Assembly: GCA_050012755.1 (NCBI GenBank)
Contig: JBEKGO010000051.1
Coordinates: 1 to 10,214, forward strand
DNA length: 10,214 bases
Direction: 5' to 3'
Origin: Candidatus Bathyarchaeia archaeon
Lineage (GTDB): Archaea; Thermoproteota; Bathyarchaeia; Bathyarchaeales; Bathycorpusculaceae
A model generated the notes under the pieces. It was given only the letters and a program-made list of their open reading frames with translations, was not told where the DNA came from and made no database searches. A program made the translations under genes and the position numbers. This document shows, one piece after another, positions 1-6,899 of the stretch (position 1 is the stretch's first letter; every line of letters starts with the position of its first letter).

Positions 1-1329
1 GTAGAAACTTTTAAGGGCCCAAGATATGCCGCGGACTTGCCAACTGTATTAAACTCGCTTGAAGAAGTTCATCTTTCAACTGTTGTGCCAGCGTGCGATT
101 TGCTGCGAGAGAAGCTTCAGAAAAAAGCCCTCCAAGAAATTGAGAAGATTGAGCAAAATCGGGAAAAACTGCTAAAAAGACCGGGCAACATGTTGATTGG
201 AAGCTTAGCGGTCGGCAAAGATTTTCCCATGCGAATTTTGGCTGAAATAGTCGATGCCCCCTTGTTGGATAACAAGACTATTCGGCGTTTAGCAAAAAAC
301 TTCGTGCAAGCAGGAGCAGGCATTATCGATGTCGGCATGGTTGCAGGAGAATCCAACCCTTCAGACGCAAAACGCATTGTTAGCCTTGTAAAGCAGGTTG
401 TGGATGTTCCGGTAAGTATTGATACCCTTGATCCGGCTGAGATTCGAGCAGCAGTTGATGCTGGCGCAGAATTTGTGTTAAGCGCAGATGCAGGCAACCT
501 CGAAGCAATCGCGCCCTTCGTCTCAAACGTTGCCGTGGTTGTAATCCCGACAAATCAACGCCAAGGCTATTTCCCCAAAAAAGCTGAAGAACGGGTCGAA
601 TTCTTAGAGGAAATAATCGGGAACGCCAAAAAGTTAGGCATTTCAGAGTGTTTGGCAGATTTAATTTTGGAGCCGTCGGACGTTTTAGAATCATTTATAG
701 CGTTTCGTCAATTCGCAAAAAGAAACCCCGATGTGCCGCTGTTTGTCGGTGTTTCCAACGTTACTGAATTGATAGATGCAGATTCCGTGGGTGTTAACGC
801 TTTGCTTGCACGGTTATCCTCAGAAGTTGATGCTAGCATTCTGTTGGCAACTGAGAAAAGCGACAAAGCAAAGGGTACGGTTGCTGAAGAGGTTGTTGCA
901 GCTAAAATGATGTTTTTGGCTAAAAAAAGGGGTTCTGTTCCTAAAGACCTTGGCGTAGATTTGCTTGTGCTCAAAGACAAACGGAACCGGGAAGAATGCT
1001 TTGATAGAGGACTTGAGAAAAAAACGCAGGTAAATGTCGCTGAAAAACCCGATTTAGCGCAGCTGGACCCAAAAGGTTCATTTACAATAATGCTAGACCG
1101 CAACAGCAAAAACATCGTGGTACTGTACTATGCTTCCGCAAAAACAGCGAAGCCTGACAGAATAATTAAAGGCAAGACTGCTGATGCAATCTACTTGGAA
1201 ATTACCAAGTTAGGTTTGGTATCAAAATTTGATCACATGGCCTATTTGGGCGCTGAATTGGCAAAAGCTGAGATTGCGCTACAAACTGGAAAAGAGTTCA
1301 TTCAAGATAAGGCGATGTTTACTAGGTAG
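1..1329 (+). CDS. Dihydropteroate synthase-related protein (MJ0107/Orf20 type, pterin-binding barrel plus C-terminal DUF4346-like domain), 5'-partial
   Basis: The frame is open from base 1 (VETFKGPRYAADLP...), so TTG at 37 is internal. Pterin-binding barrel motifs are present: LAEIVDAP, GAGIIDVG, VPVSIDT, LADLILEP, GVSNVTELIDADSVGVN. The C-terminus DPKGSF...HMAYLGAELAKAEIAL...FIQD resembles DUF4346. It ends at TAG 1327-1329. Confidence 0.88.
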   Translation, partial: VETFKGPRYAADLPTVLNSLEEVHLSTVVPACDLLREKLQKKALQEIEKIEQNREKLLKRPGNMLIGSLAVGKDFPMRILAEIVDAPLLDNKTIRRLAKNFVQAGAGIIDVGMVAGESNPSDAKRIVSLVKQVVDVPVSIDTLDPAEIRAAVDAGAEFVLSADAGNLEAIAPFVSNVAVVVIPTNQRQGYFPKKAEERVEFLEEIIGNAKKLGISECLADLILEPSDVLESFIAFRQFAKRNPDVPLFVGVSNVTELIDADSVGVNALLARLSSEVDASILLATEKSDKAKGTVAEEVVAAKMMFLAKKRGSVPKDLGVDLLVLKDKRNREECFDRGLEKKTQVNVAEKPDLAQLDPKGSFTIMLDRNSKNIVVLYYASAKTAKPDRIIKGKTADAIYLEITKLGLVSKFDHMAYLGAELAKAEIALQTGKEFIQDKAMFTR

Positions 1330-1344
1330 TAGTTGTTTGTTATT

Positions 1345-2145
1345 TTAGTCTTGCTTTATTTTGTACTGTTTTACGTTCAATGGTATCTGTCTTGGATTTA
1401 AGAAGGGCACTTTATTTAATAAGTAAATTAATGGAGTCCCAATAAGCACTGCCGATATTACTAGAAATGTTCTTTCTACGGGATAAACAAAGAACACTGC
1501 TTGCCAAGTTAAAATATATGAACTCGCGGAAAATAGATGTAAAACTTGACCTAAAATTACTTCATAAAGTATATTACCCGCTAAAGATTGCATCATAACA
1601 CCGATAAAGGTCAAAATAGCTATTCCAGCTGCTATCTTCCTATAGTTAATAGTGTAAATCCATTTTGCCGCTAACCAACTGATTGGCGTAAGCAAAACAA
1701 TGAATGCGACAATGTGTAGCCAAGCGTAGGGAACTGAGAAAACAAAAATGCTTGTTAATGGGTTAATCAAAAATATCGCTAGTAAAGATGCATTTAATGC
1801 AACTACGATCGCCCAACGAGAGCGCTTTTGTTGCGTAAGGAATCCAGTTGCAAGAACAGCCATTAAATCTGGAATGAAATCTAAGCCATTAAAAATCATG
1901 GGTTTCCCCATACCAATGGCTGCAAAGTTACCGATTACAACGCTAAGCCCGCCCAAGTATGGCCCCAAAATGATGCCGATTATGGGTGTTAAGAAATCCG
2001 AAAAGTTGAGGGTTCCTGATCCGCCTATAAGGATGCTATATGGTATGAATCTTAGCACAATGTAAAGGGCTGTAAAAATTGCAAGTAAAGCGATTTGTTT
2101 GGTTCTTTGGCTTCTCTGACTCGGTTTAATGTTGGGGTTGTCCAT
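1345..2145 (-). CDS. ECF transporter S component-like integral membrane protein (substrate unknown)
   Basis: 266 aa with about 7 hydrophobic segments. The N-terminal TKQIALLAIFTALYIVL (AxxxA motif) and IGIILGPYLGGLSVVIG are typical of S components. A GTGA RBS-like motif lies 7 nt upstream of the ATG. Confidence 0.7.
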   Translation of the reverse strand: MDNPNIKPSQRSQRTKQIALLAIFTALYIVLRFIPYSILIGGSGTLNFSDFLTPIIGIILGPYLGGLSVVIGNFAAIGMGKPMIFNGLDFIPDLMAVLATGFLTQQKRSRWAIVVALNASLLAIFLINPLTSIFVFSVPYAWLHIVAFIVLLTPISWLAAKWIYTINYRKIAAGIAILTFIGVMMQSLAGNILYEVILGQVLHLFSASSYILTWQAVFFVYPVERTFLVISAVLIGTPLIYLLNKVPFLNPRQIPLNVKQYKIKQD

Positions 2146-2157
2146 ATTTTAGTCACT

Positions 2158-2193
2158 TTGCAATTTTTTGCATTGCCATGTAATTTTTTACAT
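2158..2193. promoter_or_regulatory. Tandem palindromic operator pair TGYAA-N4-TTRCA
   Basis: TTGCAATTTTTTGCAT (2158-2173) and ATGTAATTTTTTACAT (2178-2193) are exactly 20 bp apart. They lie between the putative TATA box and the start codon of the S component gene. Confidence 0.7.
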
Positions 2194-2201
2194 CGGTCGG
2201 C

Positions 2202-2215
2202 TATAAGAGATTTTC
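2202..2215 (-). promoter_or_regulatory. Putative BRE/TATA promoter of the S component gene
   Basis: The minus strand reads GAAAATCT-CTTATA, about 57 nt upstream of the ATG at 2145. Confidence 0.45.
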
Positions 2216-2382
2216 TAGGGTCGGAAAAAGCAAGCCATTGGTATTAACACATAAATGTAAAATTTGACCGCTGAAAAAACATGGTTAGAACCTAAAATTA
2301 TTCGGTTATTTTAGAGGTTATTTAGGTTACAGCGCCAATTTCTGAGCTGTTTATTGACTTGCGACAGAACATTTACTCTTTA

Positions 2383-2396
2383 GCAAATTTTAAATA
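2383..2396 (+). promoter_or_regulatory. Putative BRE/TATA promoter of the small lysine-rich ORF
   Basis: GCAAAT-TTTAAATA lies about 25 nt before a GAGGT RBS at 2421-2425. Confidence 0.5.
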
Positions 2397-2432
2397 CAAA
2401 TTGAAGGCAATTGTAGCTTTGAGGTTAGTAGA

Positions 2433-2483
2433 GTGGCTAAAGCTCCAAAAAAGGTAGAGAAAAAGGTTAAAAAGAAAAAATAA
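2433..2483 (+). CDS. Putative 16-aa lysine-rich microprotein MAKAPKKVEKKVKKKK
   Basis: The GTG start is 7 nt after GAGGT and the stop is TAA at 2481-2483. There is a TATA box upstream and an oligo-T tract downstream. It is below the ORF-track length cutoff. Confidence 0.55.
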   Translation: MAKAPKKVEKKVKKKK

Positions 2484-2510
2484 GCGTTTCTAAGTCTATC
2501 TAAATCCTCA

Positions 2511-2520
2511 TTTTTCTTTT
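2511..2520 (+). terminator. Archaeal oligo-T terminator candidate
   Basis: TTTTTCTTTT starts 28 nt after the small ORF stop. Confidence 0.45.
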
Positions 2521-2666
2521 CTAATTTACCACACTAAACAGCCTAAAAGTAAACATTAAAAACAAGAAGAAGCTAAAATTAAATAGCTTTTAATCTCAAA
2601 TTTTGGTCTAAAAGAAACTTTATCTCTTTAAACTAAATTAACTAGATCGAACGGTGAGAACAAAAT

Positions 2667-3590
2667 TTGCAAAGCAACCCATTAAGTACAAACATAGCCG
2701 GTCTGCAACTGGAAAACCCGACCATTTTAGCTTCTGGAATTTTAGGTTACTCAGCAGAATCCTTAAACCGCGTTGCGAAAGGTGGCGCGGGAGCAGTAGT
2801 CACGAAATCTATAGGAGTAGAACCCCGAGTCGGCTACCCAAACCCAACCGTGGTTCAGGCAGAAGCTGGATTAATTAATGCTATGGGCTTACCTAACCCA
2901 GGAATCGCGCTCTACTGTCAAGAAATTAAATATTGTAAAACAATTTTGCGCGTACCGCTTATTGTAAGTGTGTTTGGTTATTCCGCGGACGAATATGCTA
3001 CGGTTGCCAAAAAAGCCGTTGATGCTGGCGCCGATGCGGTGGAGCTGAACGTTTCTTGTCCACATGTACAGTTTACAGGAGCAGAAATTGGTCAAAACCC
3101 CAAGCTACTTGCTGAAGTTGTTGAAAAGGTGAAGGCAGCGGTCGGCAAACCCATATTAGTGAAGCTTTCGCCAAACGTTGCCAATATCGCTGTGACAGCT
3201 AAGGCTGCTGTTGAGGCTGGGGCAGACGCCCTGACGGCTGTAAATACGCTTAAAGCAATGGCGATTGATTCCGAAACGATGCGTCCAATCTTAAGCAATC
3301 TTAAAGGCGGATTATCTGGTCCAGCAGTTAAGCCCGTGGCGTTGCGATGCGTTTATGACATCCGGGAAGAACTGCCTGACGTGCCAATTATAGGGTGCGG
3401 AGGAATAACTGATTGGCGAGATGCCGTTGAGTTTTTGTTGGCGGGCGCTTCAGCCGTTCAAGTTGGCACAGCCATTGCGTTGGAGAGCACGGAGGTTTTC
3501 CAAGCCATAACTAAGGGTGTGGAAGTTTATTTGAGAAAGAAACATTATGGGAGTGTAAAAGAAATTGTCAACCTCGCTCACCGCAGTTAA
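2667..3590 (+). CDS. pyrD: Dihydroorotate dehydrogenase family 1B, catalytic subunit
   Basis: Motifs NPTILASG, GAVVTKS, INAMGLPNPG, ELNVSCPH (catalytic Cys), VKLSPN, GGLSGPAVKP, IIGCGGI and VQVGTA. The TTG start follows a GGTGAG RBS at 2653-2658. Confidence 0.96.
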   Translation: MQSNPLSTNIAGLQLENPTILASGILGYSAESLNRVAKGGAGAVVTKSIGVEPRVGYPNPTVVQAEAGLINAMGLPNPGIALYCQEIKYCKTILRVPLIVSVFGYSADEYATVAKKAVDAGADAVELNVSCPHVQFTGAEIGQNPKLLAEVVEKVKAAVGKPILVKLSPNVANIAVTAKAAVEAGADALTAVNTLKAMAIDSETMRPILSNLKGGLSGPAVKPVALRCVYDIREELPDVPIIGCGGITDWRDAVEFLLAGASAVQVGTAIALESTEVFQAITKGVEVYLRKKHYGSVKEIVNLAHRS

Positions 3591-4383
3591 CACACTTAGA
3601 ACAAGCGAAATAGTGCAAATTAGAACTGAGAGTCCAACAGTTAAAACCTTCATCCTGACTGATAAATTATGTACAAAAGCTAAGCCGGGACAGTTTTTGA
3701 TGCTTTGGATTCCAGGCATAGATGAAATCCCATTAAGCATAATGGACACGAGCAACGGATTAGTTTCTGTTTCCGTGAAGGCAGTTGGCGACGCAACACG
3801 TCATCTGCACAGCATTAAAGCAGGTCAAACTGTTGGCGTACGTGGACCCTTCGGTACCAGTTTCACTGAGAGCCGAGGCAGAGTTCTTCTAGTAAGCGGT
3901 GGAACAGGAACAGCGCCTTTACTGTTTTTGGCTAAACGGCTTTTGGCTAAAACTGAGCGGTTGTCATTTGTTGAAGGCGCCAAAACCAAAGATGAACTTC
4001 TCTTCATCCGGGAACTCAATCATGTTTGCAATGAAAAAAACCTGATCACAACAACTGAAGATGGCACTTACGGTTTGCAATGCATGGTAACTGAGCCACT
4101 TGCCAAACTTTTGGACAGAGAAAAATTCGATATGATCTACACATGTGGTCCAGAAGTTATGGTAAAAAAGATTTTTGAAATAACTGAACAACGCAAACTA
4201 CCACTAGAAGCAAGTCTCGAAAGGCTGATGCGCTGCGGAATTGGCTTATGCGGAAGCTGTGTGATTGGCAAATATCGTGTCTGTAGAGACGGACCTGTTT
4301 TTACGGCTTCTCAGCTGCGCGAAGTTAGAGATGAGCTAGGTATTTCAAAGATTGGCTTTGACGGCTCGAGAATTCCCTTCTAG
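3565..4383 (+). CDS. pyrK: Dihydroorotate dehydrogenase electron transfer subunit (FAD, [2Fe-2S])
   Basis: Motifs KPGQFLMLW, EIPLSI, VRGPFG, GGTGTAP, TCGPEVM and SLERLMRCGIGLCGSC...VCRDGPVF. It overlaps the pyrD 3' end. The TTG start follows GGGAGTG; the exact start is uncertain. Confidence 0.94.
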   Translation: MSTSLTAVNTLRTSEIVQIRTESPTVKTFILTDKLCTKAKPGQFLMLWIPGIDEIPLSIMDTSNGLVSVSVKAVGDATRHLHSIKAGQTVGVRGPFGTSFTESRGRVLLVSGGTGTAPLLFLAKRLLAKTERLSFVEGAKTKDELLFIRELNHVCNEKNLITTTEDGTYGLQCMVTEPLAKLLDREKFDMIYTCGPEVMVKKIFEITEQRKLPLEASLERLMRCGIGLCGSCVIGKYRVCRDGPVFTASQLREVRDELGISKIGFDGSRIPF

Positions 4384-4393
4384 AGGCTTTTGG

Positions 4394-4687
4394 ATGTCGA
4401 TTTCGCAGTCAGAACTAGAAGAGCTTGTTCGCAAAGTCGTCGTCCTATACAACAGGGTAAGAAGCCCCGAAGTCACGGCCAAACCCATATTTGTTTCATC
4501 GGCCATCATCACTATTTCGTTTTCCGGAGGCTTCTGCTATGGCTGCGGCATATTTGATATTGTTGAAGGTTTCGCTGATCAATTTAAAACGTTCAGCGGC
4601 AAGGCAGAACTTAAGGTAGTTAAGACGAGACAAATTAATCCAAGAACCTTCGAAGCGGATTACAATCCAAAAGTAAAATCAAATTAA
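4394..4687 (+). CDS. Small archaeal CxxC protein, NifU/Nfu-like domain (97 aa)
   Basis: ATG at 4394 after GAGG (4383-4386) is a better start than TTG at 4352. The sequence has a helix, two strands, then FSGGFCYGCG. It starts 10 nt after the pyrK stop. Confidence 0.65.
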   Translation: MSISQSELEELVRKVVVLYNRVRSPEVTAKPIFVSSAIITISFSGGFCYGCGIFDIVEGFADQFKTFSGKAELKVVKTRQINPRTFEADYNPKVKSN

Positions 4688-5214
4688 CTTTCGGGGTTTT
4701 TGTGTTTTAAGCTGAGGTAAAAGTTGATTATTTTTGTTTTTGCGAAGCCTACAATTGTAGGGGTAAAGATTGAAAGTGAAGCCAGTAAGAAATTAAGCGG
4801 ATAAATCATTGGGTATTCAAAGATGTTGCCTCCCCATGGACCTGCTATGTTTTGCATATTACCCCAAAACTGAAAAAGTGACCAAATAGCCGTCCAGAGC
4901 AATGCGCCTTTAAGCCGAGCCAAGTATTTCTGTCTTCTACTGAAAATGGAACCATGCATATTTGAGAAGAGTAGCTCTCCTGCAATAGCTCCTGCGGCTC
5001 CCGGAAAAAAAGCATTAACCAAAATTTTTTCCACCAAGTTTCCAGGTATAAAATAGCCAATCCAAGGGACATCAAACAAACCTAAGACGGGTAAGTAAAC
5101 GCTGCCAGTGGCAAGCCGTATTGCAGCAGGCATTGCATAAATTATAATGCCTCCTAATTGCCAAACCCAAAACCGCCTGCTCCGAATAGTCCTTGCAATA
5201 GCGCTCAAATACAT
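4684..5214 (-). CDS. Hypothetical integral membrane protein (176 aa)
   Basis: About 4 hydrophobic segments separated by basic stretches. Its stop shares TTAA with the convergent gene. TTTTTTAAA 25 nt upstream of the ATG suggests a leaderless transcript. Confidence 0.75.
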   Translation of the reverse strand: MYLSAIARTIRSRRFWVWQLGGIIIYAMPAAIRLATGSVYLPVLGLFDVPWIGYFIPGNLVEKILVNAFFPGAAGAIAGELLFSNMHGSIFSRRQKYLARLKGALLWTAIWSLFQFWGNMQNIAGPWGGNIFEYPMIYPLNFLLASLSIFTPTIVGFAKTKIINFYLSLKHKNPES

Positions 5215-5238
5215 AGCTTCTTAACTAATCGTCCAAGG

Positions 5239-5247
5239 TTTAAAAAA
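5239..5247 (-). promoter_or_regulatory. Putative TATA box for a leaderless transcript
   Basis: Minus-strand TTTTTTAAA ends 25 nt before the ATG at 5214, and no RBS is visible. Confidence 0.45.
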
Positions 5248-5359
5248 GCCTTCCAAAATGTGCAAATAAATCAAAAAGGATGGCAGAGGGAGAAACAATC
5301 AATTTAACAAAAAAGATTGTCTACCAAAATTAAAGAATAGATGAAAGAGGAGTGTCTGT

Positions 5360-5382
5360 TTGCTAAGCCTTTTATTTAGCAA
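5360..5382 (-). terminator. Inverted repeat in the 3' region of the CBS-HPF gene
   Basis: TTGCTAA-N9-TTAGCAA lies 12 nt after the stop and is flanked by pyrimidine-rich tracts on the minus strand. Confidence 0.4.
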
Positions 5383-5394
5383 GTAGAGAAAAGA

Positions 5395-6579
5395 TTACCA
5401 TGCCTCTTCTTGGGGCAATCCAATCTTGCGCAAGTAATCTTTTGCAAACTTTGGATTATATGCTAGTAGCTCTTTGCTTCTCAGCAATCTGCGCTCAAGT
5501 CTATCTAATGCGACTCTAAAAGTTGGTTCAACTCCCCAACCTTCACTCGCGCTAAAGAATGTTCCTCTTACCGTTCGGAACTGCAAGCGACAATGAACCA
5601 ACGGTGTGCCTCTTAGGCTTGTGTTTCGGTGGCTTTTCATGTAGACAAATAGAGTTCCCAACTGGAAAGCGTCTTGATATTTACGCGTGAAAGCGTCGAA
5701 TTCTTCCATCATGAAGCCTTGCTGATCAGGACTTATTTCCACGCCTTTAACACCGAACTGCACTGATAACTTCTTTTCAGCAACCTCTAACTGCGAAATC
5801 AACTCAAGAAAGTCAAGCTTCGTAACAATACCAACTAATCGTTCGTTTGACACTATGGCTAGACAGGAAACATCACGATCATGCATTGTCTTCTCTGCAT
5901 CCCGCAAGCCTGTTTGAGATTCAACCGTAATAGCAGGCCTTGCCATTATGCCTTTGGCTGGGACACTTAAGGTTTCAATTTTTTCTCCAACAATGTCACC
6001 CCTTGTCTGGTGTCTTTGTGGCCAATAGATATTCTCTAAAATGTCTTGAATAGTAATTATTCCAACAAGTTTTCCGTTTTCCATAATTGGAACATGCGAG
6101 ATACCGTATTCTCTCATTAAACTAAGCACTGCTCCAACAGATCGGTTTGATTCGATAGTGTGCGGTGCCTTTGTCATTATTTTCTCAATTGCGGTTTTAC
6201 CCCATTCATTAATTGCGGCTGCATGAATAATGTCCTCGTCAGTGACAAAACCTACTATCTTATTCTTTTCGAAAACGGGCAACTGCCTCATTTCACTTTC
6301 AATCATCAACTTAGCAATTTTACTGACAGAGAAATCAAAGGCAACTGGAGGCGCAACTTTCATCAAAGTTCTGACTTTTGTCGTGGTGGGGTCAAGTCTT
6401 GACCTTAAAATGGTGCGCCTTGATATCATGCCTTGATATTTGCCTTTGTCATCTAAAACAGCTAAAACGGGAGGCTTACCTTTTTCGAACGCTTCTAAAC
6501 ATCGGGATAGAGGTTCGTTTTCTTGAACAGCGTTATAACCCTTTGAATAAACATCTTTTGCAAAAATTGAGGTTGACAT
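5395..6579 (-). CDS. 4xCBS-domain protein fused to a C-terminal HPF/RaiA-like domain; probable ribosome hibernation factor
   Basis: There are four CBS repeats (LAVLDDKGKYQGMISRR, LPVFEKNKIVGFVTDED, VPIMENGKLVGIITIQD, LAIVSNERLVGIVTKLD). From about aa 273 the sequence follows an HPF-like pattern ending SEGWGVEPTFRVALDRLERRL. An AAGGA RBS and a TTTAAA box (6612-6617) lie upstream. Confidence 0.85.
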   Translation of the reverse strand: MSTSIFAKDVYSKGYNAVQENEPLSRCLEAFEKGKPPVLAVLDDKGKYQGMISRRTILRSRLDPTTTKVRTLMKVAPPVAFDFSVSKIAKLMIESEMRQLPVFEKNKIVGFVTDEDIIHAAAINEWGKTAIEKIMTKAPHTIESNRSVGAVLSLMREYGISHVPIMENGKLVGIITIQDILENIYWPQRHQTRGDIVGEKIETLSVPAKGIMARPAITVESQTGLRDAEKTMHDRDVSCLAIVSNERLVGIVTKLDFLELISQLEVAEKKLSVQFGVKGVEISPDQQGFMMEEFDAFTRKYQDAFQLGTLFVYMKSHRNTSLRGTPLVHCRLQFRTVRGTFFSASEGWGVEPTFRVALDRLERRLLRSKELLAYNPKFAKDYLRKIGLPQEEAW

Positions 6580-6887
6580 AATAATCCTTTTAATTTTAGG
6601 TTAAAGTAGAATTTAAACGTTGTAAAGCCAGCTGTAATCAAAATTTAACTCTTCAACTGGTATGGATGGACTTAGAGATTTAGAAGGAATATCCAAAGTC
6701 TATAAGAACGAGATTAGTCTTTCATGATAACCCATAATATGAACCTGTAGATGGGAAAAAGATCCTTCTCGTGGTTACTATCATATTTCTAATAACGCTT
6801 GAGTTGCGACTGGTGTTCGCCTAATGTTTGTTATGACCCTTCAACCCAATACACTTAATAGCAAAATAAACTGAAATCTTCGGGTCT

Positions 6888-6894
6888 AAGGAGG
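6888..6894 (+). promoter_or_regulatory. Strong Shine-Dalgarno AAGGAGG
   Basis: It lies 5 nt before the in-frame GTT at 6900 but 26 nt before the first ATG at 6921. A CTTAATA TATA-like box is at 6854-6860. Confidence 0.6.
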
Positions 6895-6899
6895 AAACC

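Noticed and set aside
37-39. TTG start given by the ORF track for the DHPS-like gene
   Set aside because: The frame is open from base 1 and includes the conserved-looking GPRYAADLP, so the gene starts upstream of the window.
117-1115. Antisense ORFs 117-497, 380-694 and 708-1115, and similar shadow ORFs over pyrD, pyrK, the CBS gene and hdrA
   Set aside because: They overlap well-supported genes and have no recognisable motifs.
1327-1332. TAG TAG as possible pyrrolysine readthrough
   Set aside because: The protein ends at the natural domain end (FIQD...), the stop is doubled, and a convergent gene follows immediately.
2289-2300. 12-bp inverted match (AACCTAAAATTA) to 6591-6602 in the CBS-HPF promoter
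   Set aside because: Near-identical strings also occur inside coding regions (about 1549 and 2738), so AT-rich chance is the likely explanation.
2146-2400. Riboswitch upstream of the ECF S component gene
   Set aside because: The predicted leader is only about 35 nt and AT-rich, with no TPP, FMN or other aptamer consensus. The dyads fit DNA operators better.
4352-4393. N-terminal extension of the CxxC ORF from TTG 4352
   Set aside because: It overlaps pyrK, and ATG 4394 has a properly spaced GAGG.
6662-6727. 21-codon ORF MDGLRDLEGISKVYKNEISLS
   Set aside because: There is no convincing RBS or distinctive composition, and an ORF of this length is expected by chance.
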